From Torpedo marmorata (taxonomy: Eukaryota): a stretch of 64,000 nucleotides of DNA. A program made the translations under genes and the position numbers. The notes below the pieces were generated by a model. It made no database searches. It saw nothing but the letters and a program-made list of their open reading frames with translations, and was not told where the DNA came from. The stretch spans positions 215,574,001 to 215,638,000 of the forward strand of contig OZ360223.1 in NCBI GenBank assembly GCA_977017645.1. Direction: 5' to 3'. Shown here in pieces: positions 11,766 through 24,660 of the stretch. The first letter of the stretch is position 1. The number at the start of each line of letters is the position of its first letter.

Positions 11766-12309
11766 ACCTCTGAGACCACAAACCCATTAAATTTTACACC
11801 ACTAGAGCTGGCAGGGAGCTGTTGCCTGCAAGCTTGAGATAGATGCCAATCTATTAAATATTCCAGTCCAGTGCTCTACAAAACAACCCAAAAACTACCA
11901 CTTGTGAATAAAAGATTTTGTTCAAAGTTCATGAAGGGAGCTACAGACTTTTAGCTCTGCTTCAACCATGCCTCAGAATTTTTCCCACTCAATGAACCAT
12001 GAGGTATCTATGGTCAGAGTAATTCTATATCAGGTGGGAGAGAATAGAAACCTCCAGCTAAATGTTTAATAACATTTAAAAAAAGAACTTGTTCCAGACC
12101 CAAACATTCCAATCATGCACTGAAGAAGAAATGGTAATGTGCATAGATCATTTGAGGTGTTTGGATCAAATCAAGAATCGGAAAGAATCAAGGGATTTAT
12201 AAATGCCACACAATGGAGAGAAACTTGTCCAGGATCCAGTACACTCCCAGTTGATTTTTATTTCTCATCATAAAGATGTTCTGCTTTCACAAGTTTTATG
12301 GGCTTTAAC

Positions 12310-12578
12310 TTTCAGATTTATTGTCAGAGTACAGACATGACATCACATACAAGCCTGAGATTCTTTTTCCTGTGGGCGAGGCAGATTGGTAGTGTAAATA
12401 TTGCACACAATATACACATGTAAACAAATAAAGAAATGTAAACAAACTGACTGTGCAACACAGAGAGAAAAAAAAATCACTAAAGTGCAAAAGTAAGAGT
12501 CCTTAAATGAGTCCCTGATTGAATTTGTTGTTAAGGAGTCTGATGGTGGAGGGGTAGCAGCTGTTCTTGAACCTGGTG
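12310..12578 (-). mobile_element. Rex1/Babar 3' end
   Basis: 3'UTR ending CTCTGACAATAAATCTGAA. Same family as 38785-39060 and 46447-46685. Confidence 0.75.
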
Positions 12579-13725
12579 GGTAGCAGCAAGGTTATCCCAA
12601 GGACACAATCATGTTGAGAAGCACTTTGTTTGAAAAAGGTGTAAAACAAGAACTGTTACAGTGATAATTGCAGAAAGAGAATTGTTCAATTGAAAGGTAA
12701 CAAATTGCCAGCTTTTGATTGGTTCATGCATGGACTGTTGAGGTAGCACTTGATCCTCATCTGTAATTACATTTGAGTAGGTGTTAGTGAGCTTTTTTTG
12801 AAACAAGTTCCCCAGACCAAATGGCAAACTTGTACATGGGAGAATCACCATTAGATATCTGGTCTACTATTATATAAAACTCTTTCTTAATACATTGGTT
12901 TTGAATGGTGTGATTATATAGAATTTCTTCCTAGTTGATTGTGCTCAGGACAGCAATGACAGCCTGACTTTACATAATAGGTATGCATGATTTATGAATA
13001 CAAGCATTTCTTTATATTCATAATAATAAGAATTGTGATGGTCTCAAAGAAATAGATTATTTTCTATTTCTATTTTGATCTACATCAAAATTCAATTAAA
13101 CTTGTCATTCCACTTCCAACATTTTAACTATTTCTATCTTATGCTAATTTTGCATGGACTTATGGTTGTCTATTTTCCAGTTTAACCAGAAGTAATTTAC
13201 CTTCTAATATATTACCATTAAGGCATTGTGAAAATAGTAAATATATGTACCCAGTTAGACTTGCTGAGTTTCTCCAGCATTGTGTTTTTACTTTAAATAT
13301 ATTTACATGTAGATTCATGTATCCTATTCTTAGCTGTATACACAAAATTTGTGCAAATGTCCAGTTAAGTCATTACATAAAAGATCTCTGACAATCATAA
13401 TATAAAAATTAAGTTGTTCAGAAAACTGCCACTCCATAGAATTTATTTTTTTTTTAAATCAGTGCTGAGGCACTGATAAATCCTGAATGCACCACATAAC
13501 AATGTTTTATTTAATACAAGAGGGAAATAAAAGTGATCTCATTAGACCAGACCGGATGGCTGAATGGTCGTTTTTTTTCTGTCCTGAGCAGGATTGTTGA
13601 CCATGATTGTTTCTGCTGGACCACTCCCCATTCTCCCCTATCCTTCTGTCTCCTTTCCCCCAGCTTTCCACCCCCTTCCCTCTCCATTCACAGAGCTATC
13701 TCCCCCTCCCTGTTTTCTCTTTTTT

Positions 13726-13952
13726 GTTAGACACCCAGCACGGTAACAGGCCCTTCCAGCCCACGAGCCTGGCCGCCAAATTAACCTACAACCCCTGAAC
13801 ATTATGAGAGGTGGGAGGAAACCGGAGCACCCAGAGGAAACCCACGCAGACACGGGGAGAACGTAAGGGCTCCTTATGGACAGTGCTGGATTTGAATCCG
13901 GGTCGCTGGCTCTGTAACAGCTTTGCGCTGTCCACTACGCTAACCGTACCGT
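13726..13952 (-). mobile_element. V-SINE (HE1-like)
   Basis: Colinear with 11515-11765 and 42323-42560. Confidence 0.85.
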
Positions 13953-14084
13953 CCCACAGAAAAGGTAGTAATTATTTTCTCCGGTATTTTGAATGACAAA
14001 TATTTCCTTCCATTGGATGCATTTCCCAAACACTAACACCCTGACATCTGTCAATTCATTCATGTGCTGAGATTTAAGGTTTGA

Positions 14085-14665
14085 ATGCTCACAGTTTTAC
14101 AAGTCACTGGTGAGGTCTCACTTGGAGTTCGGGATAACGTTTTTGGCTCCTTATTAAAGAAAGGATGTGCTGGCATTGGAGAGGGTTTTGAGAATATTTG
14201 CAAGAATGATTCTGGGAATGAAGGGATTAGCATATGAGGATCGATGACAGCTCTTGCACTGTAGAAGAATGACGGGGGACTTCACAGAAGCATTGTGAAC
14301 GTTAAAGGCCTTGGCAGGGTAGATGTGGCAAAGTTGTTTTCTGTGGTATGGGACTAAAGGACAAGAGGGAACAATTTCAGGATTGAAGGGCACCCATTGG
14401 AAACAGAGATGCAGAGGAATTTCTTTAGCCAGAGTGTGGTGGACCTCTGGAATTTTCTACCATGGGCGGCTGCGGAGGCGAGGTCATTGGGTGCAATTAA
14501 GGCCGAGATTGACAAATATCTAAATTATCGGGGTATCAAAGGTAATGGGGAGAAGGCAGGAAGTGGGGCTGAGTGGGAGAATGGATCAGCTCATGATGGA
14601 ATGGCGGAGCAGATTCGACAAGCCGAACGGCCTACTTCTGCTCCTACATCTTATGGTTTATGGAC
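14085..14665 (+). mobile_element. CR1 LINE 3' fragment
   Basis: ETEMQRNFFSQSVVDLWNFLP...IKAEIDKYL. Colinear with 51070-51636. Confidence 0.85.
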
Positions 14666-15324
14666 GTTTTAGCCAATGAGGTGTTACAAAGACTGCTGTA
14701 GTTAAATTCTTCAATGTGCCACACCTTGCATTTTATCTCCCAAGAAATCTGTCGAGGTATTTAGAAAGTTGAAAAAAATGTTGCTGACCTAATTGTTGAG
14801 GGTTCTCAATAACCCCTCTCAGATTCTACCACTCCTCTTTGCACTGGGAGCAATTGAAACTGTCCAATTAACTTGCCAAAATGCATAACATTGGGGTCTG
14901 GGAGGAAACCAGAGCATCTGGAAGAAACCCACGTAGTCAACAGGGAGAATGTGCAACCTCCACACTTACAGAACCCGGGTTTCTGGCAACGTGGCAGATG
15001 TGGAGATACGTTCAGAAGTCAGTTAGGGGATGCTTTATGGGGCTTGGAAATTCCTACGTAATCTGCAGGAATTGTTTCTCGATGTTTAAATAACTTTAAA
15101 GTGTGCAACTCAAAATTTCCAAGTTTGACAATATGCTTACAGTTTGGCAGATCTACTAGCTTTTAATTGATGTGGATGAGATGAATAACTGAGCAAGATA
15201 AGTTCATTATCAGTAGGAAGATGGAGATGAAGAGAGGCAAGTCAGAAAGTAAATAAACTTAAAATGTACCTGGACATCTTTGGCCTGATGACAGTTTATC
15301 CACATTCCCTGATATAATCCAGCA

Positions 15325-15680
15325 CAGTTGTTTTCAAACTTTTTCTTTCCACTCACGTACCACCTTAAATAATCCCTATGCCATAGGTGCTCTGTGATTA
15401 GTAAGGGATGTAAGTGGGGAAAAAAGGTTGAGATCCACTGCTCTAGACCCAATTGTTACTGAAATATTTTGCTTGAGAAAAATTGTCATTGGCCCATTTC
15501 CTTTGGAGTTATGAAACCGTGCACATAACGAGTCAATTAGGTACAATTAAAACAGTGGTTTTCAAACTTTTTTTCCACTCACATACCACCTTAAGTAATC
15601 CCTTACTAATCACAGAGCACATGGCATAGGGATTACTTAAGGTGGTATGTGAGTGGAAAGAAAACGTTTGAAAACCACTG
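15325..15680. mobile_element. Composite non-autonomous hAT (Charlie-like): two inverted palindromic MITEs plus a 112-bp spacer
   Basis: Unit 1 (15325-15440) and unit 2 (15553-15680) each have CAGT(G/T)GTTTTCAAAC...CCACTG ends. An 8-bp direct repeat ATCCAGCA flanks the whole structure (15317-15324, 15681-15688). Confidence 0.8.
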
Positions 15681-16689
15681 ATCCAGCAGAATGCTTGCAT
15701 ATAGAAACCAATTTTTTCTGTTGCTCTGTTGTGCAAGAAAGAAACATATTTGTTTCTATAATTAATTATATTATCTGAATTCATTTTAAAATGAATCCAA
15801 TTACATCTTTCTGAATATGAGCAATCTTTGCCATTCTCTGGTGGATATAATACAAGATAAACTTACCCCACTTCTGTAACCAGCCATTAAGAGCTGAAAG
15901 GTTTCCCTAGATAATTTGCTTCTCATGCTGTAGAGAAAAATTTGGCCTACATTTCCTTTTTTTGGGGTATTCAGAGCTCATTATTCTGGGAATATTAAAA
16001 ATATGAATTGTGAACTTCTTTCTTCCATTCTTCCTCACCATCTTTAAAGAATTGTGAACATCTCTCTCTTTAGGGTCAAAAGCCGAGTAAAATGAAAGAG
16101 TCTGACTAGTTTTAAACATTTATTTCTTTGTTTTTAGGATAGACTGCCAGGAAAGCAACAGTTAAATGAAGACTCACAATCTATTTTCAATTTTGTTTGT
16201 GTTGTGATACTTATGCAAAGTCACTCATGCAACCAAAGTAAATAGTCTGTTTTAAAGTTTTGATTTTCTCATGCTGTTGCCATTAAGCATTAATGCCTAC
16301 TACATTTCTCAATGTCTTTCCTATGGTCTGGTGTTTAATAGCATACACAAATTTCGAACAAAATTATGAAGATTTTGTTTAGGTTCACCATTTTCTCTAG
16401 GCTTTTACATTTTATTCCCCTTATCTTCCAATATTGAATTTAATAGGCTGGATATTCTTCTGCACAGGTCAAAAAAAATGTTCAGGGAGCCCATGCCAAG
16501 TTTGTTTGAAGGGGCCCTAGGAGCTGAATTCTATTGTGTGGGAGGCATGAGGTCCTTATTCACCAAACCAAATTAGCCTTTCCTCTGCTGGATCGGTAAA
16601 GAAAAAGCTAGTGAGGGAAGTCAGACATGACACAGATGTATTCAGGTGGTCCTGAGAGAACCAGTGGTGGGCAGAGAGGATCAGAGTGG

Positions 16690-17005
16690 AAATTGCAAGG
16701 GGATCTGATGGATGCATTTAAAAATCACAAAGCGTATAGTCTGAATGAAAACTATCTCCAATGGCAAAGGGATCAAAAACTCTGGAATATAAAACTGATG
16801 TGACATGAGAAAAAGAACATTATTCAGTGAGTGATTAGGGTCTGGAATTCACCATCACAGATAGTAGTGGCAGCAGATTCAATAGTTCAAAAGGGAGCTA
16901 GTGTGAGAAAGGTATTTGCAGGACCAAGAGATGAGAATGGGGAGGAAATCTGTTGATACAGGCACATCAAGGGATTGGCCTCCTCTGTGCTGTAATCATT
17001 GTGAT
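16690..17005 (+). mobile_element. Highly degenerate CR1 3' end
   Basis: GGGGATCTGAT...GCATTTAAAA...GGTCTGGAATTCAC...TGGCCTCCTCTGTGCTGTAA. Confidence 0.55.
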
Positions 17006-18744
17006 TCTACGAACTGCTATTGCTATTATTCTATTAAAATACTCATGCTTGACAAAATTGAAAAAATATAATTGCAGATGTTGAAAATCCCAAATAAAAA
17101 CAGTAAACACTGGGAATGCTCATGTCCCATCACATGAACTGGAACTTGTTTCTTCACAACCTTCCTTTGCAACCTCCTTTGGTTGTTTAAAGAATTGCCT
17201 AAACTTTCTACATAGCATCATCTGTACATTTTGAAACCATTCTTGAGCATGTATCCAAATTATTTATCTACTCATGTATCAGAACTGAACCCTCTATTCA
17301 TAAAATTGGATCTTAAATCTAGTTTGCCAAATTCTCCTGGATCTTTACCCCTTAATTTGCTCTTATAGCCTTCAATGATGGACCTTTCAAATAAATTTCT
17401 AAAGACCATGTACATACAATGCATGCATTGTATTTCCCAAATTAATCTTGCCAGTTGTGCCCTTTAAAATATATGCAGGATTGGTTATCATAATTGTTCC
17501 TAACTTTTTTCTCCAGATAATCAAAGGTGTTCATGCTAACACCATTTTTTTTCCATTTAAACATCTGTTGTTCTTCATTAAAGTACTTTACTATTCCATT
17601 TCTTTTGGTTCTGTTCCCTATTTATGCCTTTTACATTTGTACATGTAATATTTGCAAATTCTGAAGGAACAACAATACTCAAATTGTGTAAGTTGTTTGC
17701 TCTATGGTGATATCTGACCTGCAGAATGTTTTGAGTATAATCTATTTCCAACAGCAGCAACATTGTACTCTTTTGTCCATTCTGTAAATACCTCTTTCCA
17801 CCCATAAATTAAATAAGAAAATATTACCCTAATATCATTGGATCCATGACATCCTGCGAAATACATGATCACTGCACACATCCATCATTGTCATTTTTAG
17901 CTGCATTTTCACCCGGATTTATTAAGCTCCATTTTAAGATTACTTCACTTAACTGTTACTTACACTTTCCTCTCGAAACCTTTAGGGTTGTAAACAACTT
18001 TTCTCTAATCTGTAGTCTCTGTAGATTTGGGTTTATTAAACCAATACTGATTTATAGTCAGATAATCTGCTTGTGTCTATATTATCAATACATTTAAGAC
18101 ATGGAACACACACCTCCAATTTTTCTTGCAATAAAAAAAAATTGATTTCTGCAGGCAAGTCATAAACTTAAATTTGAAACAGAAACTTTTTCCAACCCAT
18201 AAATGCCTCTTTGAAGACAAAGTGCCTCAAGTTACATGCAAAGGCCACCAAATTCCACTGCTAACTTCAATGCTAGAGAACAGAAAAGCCCCATCCATAC
18301 AGATTTCGAGTAAGAAAAGCTTTGAAGCAAACTCCTGATTAATGTTGAGTTGAGTGTCACTGTCATTTTTTATAGATCTGTTTTCAGCTTTGTTAATTTA
18401 GGATATTCTGACCCAATATGTTGTGTAGTATTTACAAAGTCAATCAATAACAATCTCAATTACTGCCATCAGTTTGATCATTTAGCTTTCTAGAATTAAT
18501 GACAATTAAAATTGAGTACTTTTATTTTTTCCATCTGCATCCCAAAACAATTTTCTGGCAATGAATTAATGAAATTAATTGGTTTTAGTTTCAGCAACCT
18601 GCAATTATTGGCAACAATAAAACACACCACCCATTCAAATCCTTGAGCAGTGTGTTTCTCGAATACACACACTCCTTTGAAAGATATCTTGGCAGGTTTT
18701 AGATCCATGATATTGAGGGACAGCACTCTTTTTAAATATCTTAT

Positions 18745-18830
18745 CACAAAGTGAGCAGTTCTCATAATGTAGCACTCTCTTAGCACTGCACCAGTTTGTA
18801 TGAGCCTAAATTGCGTGCTCAAGTATCTAG
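18745..18830 (-). mobile_element. Deu-domain SINE fragment
   Basis: ATAATGTAGCACTCTCTTAGCACTGCAC...AGCCTAAATTGCGTGCTCAAGTATCTAGA matches the recalled Deu-SINE 5' part. Confidence 0.5.
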
Positions 18831-21507
18831 AGAGCCACAGAACACTCCAAATGAGCAGCCAAACCTGGGCAACAACAGTATAATGCTATTGTACTAAGAG
18901 GTGATCTTCCCCTCCAGTAAATGTAAAGGAACTGGGTTAAAATAAAAACACGCCAAAATGCTGGGTTGCCCAGATAACCTATTTTTACTAAGAAAGCAAG
19001 CCACAAGCAGCCATCAATGTTCAAGGCACAAGCAGATTCTGGACTCAAACCAATCTATGCAGGTTGGCAATACTTCTTCATCTTGGTGGCCAAGGCGGAA
19101 CTCAGCCAAAAACTGAAATCAAGATCCTAACTTTTTAAAAATAAATACACAAGCAGCCATGGAGGGAGATATTGAACAGATATTTCACTAAGTTAAAGGT
19201 GCGAATACACAATGATGGACAACATTATAAATGAGGTAGATTTGGGAGAGCAGAAACCCAGGCAAGGAGAAGATCTGCACAATATAAAGCCTTCAACGTG
19301 CACACAGTACTAGATGTTTACTTGTCCCCATCTTTGTAGCTCTGCCTACAATATAATTAAGCAGAATTGTTGTGGAACACACACATTACAACAACCATAT
19401 TGTTGAAAATATTATTCAAGTTATTTCATGGGTGATTGAGAGATGGCCGTGGAGATTTAGAGTTGTAGAGTTAGTGTTAGGCTCCGTTTTTCAGAGGAAG
19501 CCCTTTCTGCTTATTTGCCAGTACCGCGGCATTATTTTGACCAGAGGTCCACGACATTATTGCATTTATTACAACTCAATTGATGGTTATTAACAAAAAC
19601 ATGTTAACATATTTAAAGATACAAATGTTCCTTCGCCATCTCATCACGGCTTCCTCCCAGCTCGCCACTGGCTCCTCGCTGCCCTCTTGGAAATACTTGA
19701 GTTGGATAATATTGGCAGTGTTTTTCACTGGATACTCATTATTGTTTCCTTTTCATAAATGTTTTCTCCATTAATTTTCCTTGCGTGGATGGGCTTTTTT
19801 TCCCTGCTGTGTGGGCGGTATTGCTTATCTGCGTTGTCACATGAAGCACCGGTATGCTATACAGACCGCTAGAGGATGCGAAGTTACATCGAGCCTGGTC
19901 GTAGATTCAGCGTTTAAATGTCATCAGCGCCAGTCCGTTTCAAACCGTACAATTCAGCAATAAATGTGCATTGAAGCTGCGCCTGAATATCTTATATCTG
20001 AAACTCCACAAAAAAACCTTGCAGAAGCTGGAAATATTGAGGGGGTTTTGGGGGGAGGAAGAGGAGGACGGGAATTTTTTGCAGTTAGTCGGTCAGGTAG
20101 TATCTATGGAAAGAGAAACAGTTCGTGTCTCTGGTTGATCCCGGCCGGCCGCGCGCAATTTGATCTTGCTCGATCAGCAGAGCTAATTCGTAGGTTCCCA
20201 CCTTATAATAAAAGCTTGCATTTTATTTAGAAAACAGGGGTTGAACTTGAACAATAGAATTTTTGAGGCATAAAATTTCAGCCAGTCTGCTGAAATGGTC
20301 ACACCACCGACGCTGCCCGACATGCTAAGCACGTTCAGCCGCCACCCAGAGTTCGCAGTGAACAGAATTATGTTGATCCATTGGGAAACTGAACGTTCAA
20401 AGGAGATGACGGGACGCGGCGGTGATGCAGCAGGAACACGGGGTCGCGTTGTTGTAGGTAATTGATTAATTAGAGCCCTCTCCAAGCTGTGTAAAATTCT
20501 GGCACCAGATCAGAAAAAAAACTTCGACTTGAAATAGATGCTTGTCCTTTTTTTTTTGTATTTATGAAAGTTTAACACTTTGGATTACGACGCATGTCAC
20601 GTCTTTTATTTGGGAAATGTTACAGCAGAGAAAGATGCCTTCGTTGTTTCTCGCACTGGTCCATCTCATCCCGCACTTATTTTCACGTGGCGCTTTCATT
20701 CCACAGAATTTTTTTTTAAACTCTCCTTATAAAATAATTTGGAACAATTTCTAGTTATTTCTTTACGTTCGATACAAAATAATGTTATTATTTCTCCTCG
20801 GTTTTTTATCATTATTCTGAGCGCATGTTTTCTTTGTGGGTCGTTCATCTCTGGCAAAATCCTCGCTCCAATTTACTTCTAGAAATCCTCAATTCCGATA
20901 ACTTTTCAGTCCCTTAACGTTTATGGCTGAGAAAACTTCGTTAAAGCTGAAACAAACCAATCCCTCTCGATCCCGCCACCACCATAACAGGGCTACTAAA
21001 GTGGAGCAGAATGTCAAAAGTACTGCTGCAAAATAGCCCCTGTTCTCCCTGACTAAATGCCCCTTGGTTGACAATAGATGTTGCATTACGTTCCAGCTCT
21101 CGGGGCAACACAGCTGGATTCGCGTGTTTTAAACCTCACAAAGGGTCAGTCTTGTGCCTCCAACTCAAATTTAAAAGAGAAAGACGTTTTATTAAAATAA
21201 TGTGATCAAAATCATTGCTTTCGCAATTATGAACCCAACAGATCAAGATTAGGAAACAAACTGTTCCTCTTAGTGAATATTTTAGGCCCCAGTGTAGGAA
21301 CTAAAAAGTTCATCCCAGCCTTTGATCGTAAGATCAGACCTACCAAGGATAGGATTTTGATCTCGCGACTCAAGTTAGAAATCAGAATGCTCTCGGTTTG
21401 CTACTCCTCTCAAAAATAACCCCTCAATTCAAAAAACATAGAATTGGTTATTTAGTTTCAAACAGGAAAAAATGAGGAAAGGCAAAAAGGGCCGAAATGT
21501 GCTCAGT

Positions 21508-22227
21508 TTCGGGGGTTGGAGTCGTGGGATACATTCGGGGGTTGGAGCAGTGGGATACATTCGGGGGTTGGAGCAGTGGGATACATTCGGGGGTTGGAGT
21601 CGTGGGATACATTCGGGGGTTGGAGTCGTGGGATACATTCGGGGGTTGGAGTCGTGGGATACATTCGGGGGTGGGAGCCGTGGGATACATTCGGGGGTTG
21701 GAGCAGTGGGATACATTCGGGGGTTGGAGTCGTGGGATACATTCGGGGGTGGGAGCCGTGGGATACATTCGGGGGTTGGAGTAGTGGGATACATTCGGGG
21801 GTTGGAGCAGTGGGATACATTCGGGGGTTGGAGCAGTGGGATACATTCGGGGTTTGGAGTCGTGGGATACATTCGGGGGTTGGAGCAGTGGGATACATTC
21901 GGGGGTTGGAGCAGTGGGATACATTCGGGGGTTGGAGCAGTGGGATACATTCGGGGTTTGGAGTCGTGGGATACATTCGGGGGTGGGAGTAGTGGGATAC
22001 ATTCGGGGGTTGGAGTAGTGGGATACATTCGGGGGATACATTCGGGGGTTGGAGTCGTGGGATACATTCGGGGGTTGGAGTCGTGGGATACATTCGGGGG
22101 TGGGAGTAGTGGGATACATTCGGGGGTGGGAGCAGTGGGATACATTCGGGGGTTGGAGTCGTGGGATACATTCGGGGGTGGGAGTAGTGGGATACATTCG
22201 GGGGTTGGAGTCGTGGGATACATTCGG
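21508..22227 (+). repeat. 26-bp G-rich minisatellite, about 27-28 units
   Basis: Unit GGGATACATTCGGGGGTTGGAG(TC/CA/TA/CC)GT. Unit starts at 21526 and 21552 are 26 bp apart. One truncated unit near 22020-22035. Confidence 0.97.
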
Positions 22228-22564
22228 TTGTGAAAAATAGAGAATGATATAGTGCCATGTAGTACTTTTTTTTCTGACACCTTCTACAAAAGGACCTTGT
22301 CATTTAATATGATATTGTCAAAAAGTGACAAAGTGGGAATTTTGGTCTCTGGAGATATGCATGGTCTTTGATCCATGGCGCCAGGAGAATGGCTGAAAAC
22401 TACCTTTGAAAGTTCTGTCTTCTCGCACATGAGAGAAGCTGGGGCATGATCACAACGAATAAATACACAAACAATTTGCTACTTAATATTGAAATATGTT
22501 CCAACATGAAACAGACTGGCAATAAGTGCAGTGAATGTAAACTCAGTAGCATGTAAGAGGTTCG

Positions 22565-22765
22565 AAACACGAGAGTCTGCAGACACTGATTGTAGTAAAA
22601 ACATTGCTGGACGAACTCAGCCGGTCTCGCAGCGTCTACAGGAGGTAAAGATATATTACCGACGTTTCGGGCCTCAAGGTATAAACCAGTGGTTTTCAAA
22701 CTTTTTCTTTCCACTCACATACCACCTTAAGTAATCCCTTATTAATCACAGAGCATAGGGATTAC
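22565..22765 (-). mobile_element. Penelope 3' end (22565-22680) followed by a truncated copy of the hAT MITE (22687-22765)
   Basis: ATTACCGACGTTTCGGGCCT is followed by CAGTGGTTTTCAAACTTTTTCTTTCCACTCACATACCACCTTAAG, the same unit as at 15553. Confidence 0.75.
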
Positions 22766-24591
22766 AGACAAAGGTTAACAGCTGATCAGAAAAGGCGTGT
22801 ATTATATGGATTAATAAAATCAATGTATGACCTTCTCCATGTTGCTAACTTTGTATGTTTTTCACAACCTTACTCAACTAATTTTACGTATCATTTTACA
22901 TGAAATGTTAATTCGCCGATGGCACGATGGAATGCGAGATACATTTTTTGCTACCACAGAATCTTTACAGAGAGCACGTGTTGTATAAACAGCATCCCAT
23001 TCGCAGCCATGCATTATGACAGACTGAAAATGTCCTTTCACGGCAGGCACTGCGTGCATTATTGGTTGTTCTGGCAGAGAAAAAAAAATTACGTTTATGA
23101 TTAATTGCACATTCAACTCAATTACTGAGTGTAATTCGGTTCTTGCCATTATATAGTTGCAGTTAAATTGTTCTGAGCCTTACAAACATGTGTATTTTAC
23201 AGCGCGCCCTCTTTTTTTTAAAATTGAATACATGATGTTAGTGTCCAACAGCAGAAGTTGATCCATTGCTTTCAAAAGTATTCCAAACTATTATCACCCA
23301 TAGGATGTTGAAAATCTGGGGTGGAGGACACGAAGTAGAAATGCTCAAGGCAGGTAGTATCCGTGGAAGATGTTAACTTGCTGAGTATTCCCATTTATTG
23401 CGCACAAATCTGGCGGTTATGAACTTGCATTCTCATATTTCTACTTCCCATGTTTACCTGGAAATGTAACGACCTTACACCCACCAGGTACATTCTAGTT
23501 CCACTGTCTGAACTCAATACTCCCACGCAAAGGTATTTAGTCAATATAACAATATTTCTCTTTCTAACTCCATGTGGGTCAGAAATTATATTTACTCGTG
23601 CATGTTGATGTAACTAACAATGATCTTCGAAATAAATGGAGCATTTCACTCACCACGATGTACAACATGAACTCTTACGCTCATGAGAGACCTTCTCCAT
23701 GCATCGTTTGCCCTGTAGTATTCATGAGCTGATGGCATTTCACTTATGGGGAAAAAATGAACAGCCAACTCCAGCACCCAACCAGCAAGGCAGCAGCCTC
23801 CATTCATACTTGGGATACAATTCCAAAGCAAAGGACCCCCGATAGGTCAGTGTAAAATGCATTAATGTTAATTTTGTCCATCTATCTCTCTCTATGTGTA
23901 CAAATTTATAATTTTATATAAAATAATAATATATATAAAATATAATAAACCACGTAGATGCATAAAATTCTCGAGGGAGCACCAGTTGGAGTAATTAGAT
24001 TAGCAGTGACAAGTTTACTACCGCTATCTCACATTGTTAGGTCGCGAATCGCTAAAACAGATGGGCAAAACATTCTGACTTTTTGACAGTCAACACCTTC
24101 CACCATCCATATTGTTCTAACAAAAGAGTAGCTTTATCCCTGCAGGAGCCTGGCCTCAACCAACAAGGGTATATTACATTAAAATGTCACTTACAGATAT
24201 TAAAAACGGTACATGAAATCTTTGGAAATAATCTACTCCAAACTAACGGCATGGGAATTGAACGAGAGCGTTCACGGGAATGATGTTCGAAATAACATGA
24301 CGTGGGTTTATGTTGGAGCTGCGTAACCTTAGCACGAGTGACAGTGACCCTTTGTCGCCCACTACTGACCACAAAGTGCCAGGAATCCCCTCCCGATCAC
24401 CAATTACATCCGTGGGGATATGGAAAGAATTAATGGTTACATTAAGACGACTTTAGAAGAGTGAGACTTGGAGCTCTGCGCGTATTCGTTCAGACCTACG
24501 GGTTAATACGCAAAAGTGTACGAATCCATTTCGTATCCATGCTCTACATTTAGGAGACAATAATTGATCGCGGATGGATTATTAAACTCAC

Positions 24592-24660
24592 CGCCTGCTG
24601 CCCGCCTCCCAAACCGAGCTCCTTGCACTCTGGGCCGGAGACAAACGCTCCTTCTATAAA
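24592..24660 (-). other. Candidate 69-nt exon of an unidentified (probably non-coding) transcript
   Basis: The minus strand shows TTCTTTCAG acceptor and GCG|GTGAGT donor. A second G|GTGAGT donor lies at ~23653. No recognisable protein. Confidence 0.3.

Noticed and set aside
17440-18822. Short minus-strand ORFs considered as a possible endogenous viral gene or host exons
   Set aside because: The part I translated by hand shows frequent stops and no recognisable motif. Part of ORF 18496-18822 overlaps a Deu-SINE fragment.
21429-22303. Long ORFs (250-283 aa) in several frames, and a superficially CRISPR-like array
   Set aside because: The 26-aa periodicity equals three 26-bp units that mostly lack stop codons. 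Units are contiguous with no unique spacers and no cas genes. It is a minisatellite.
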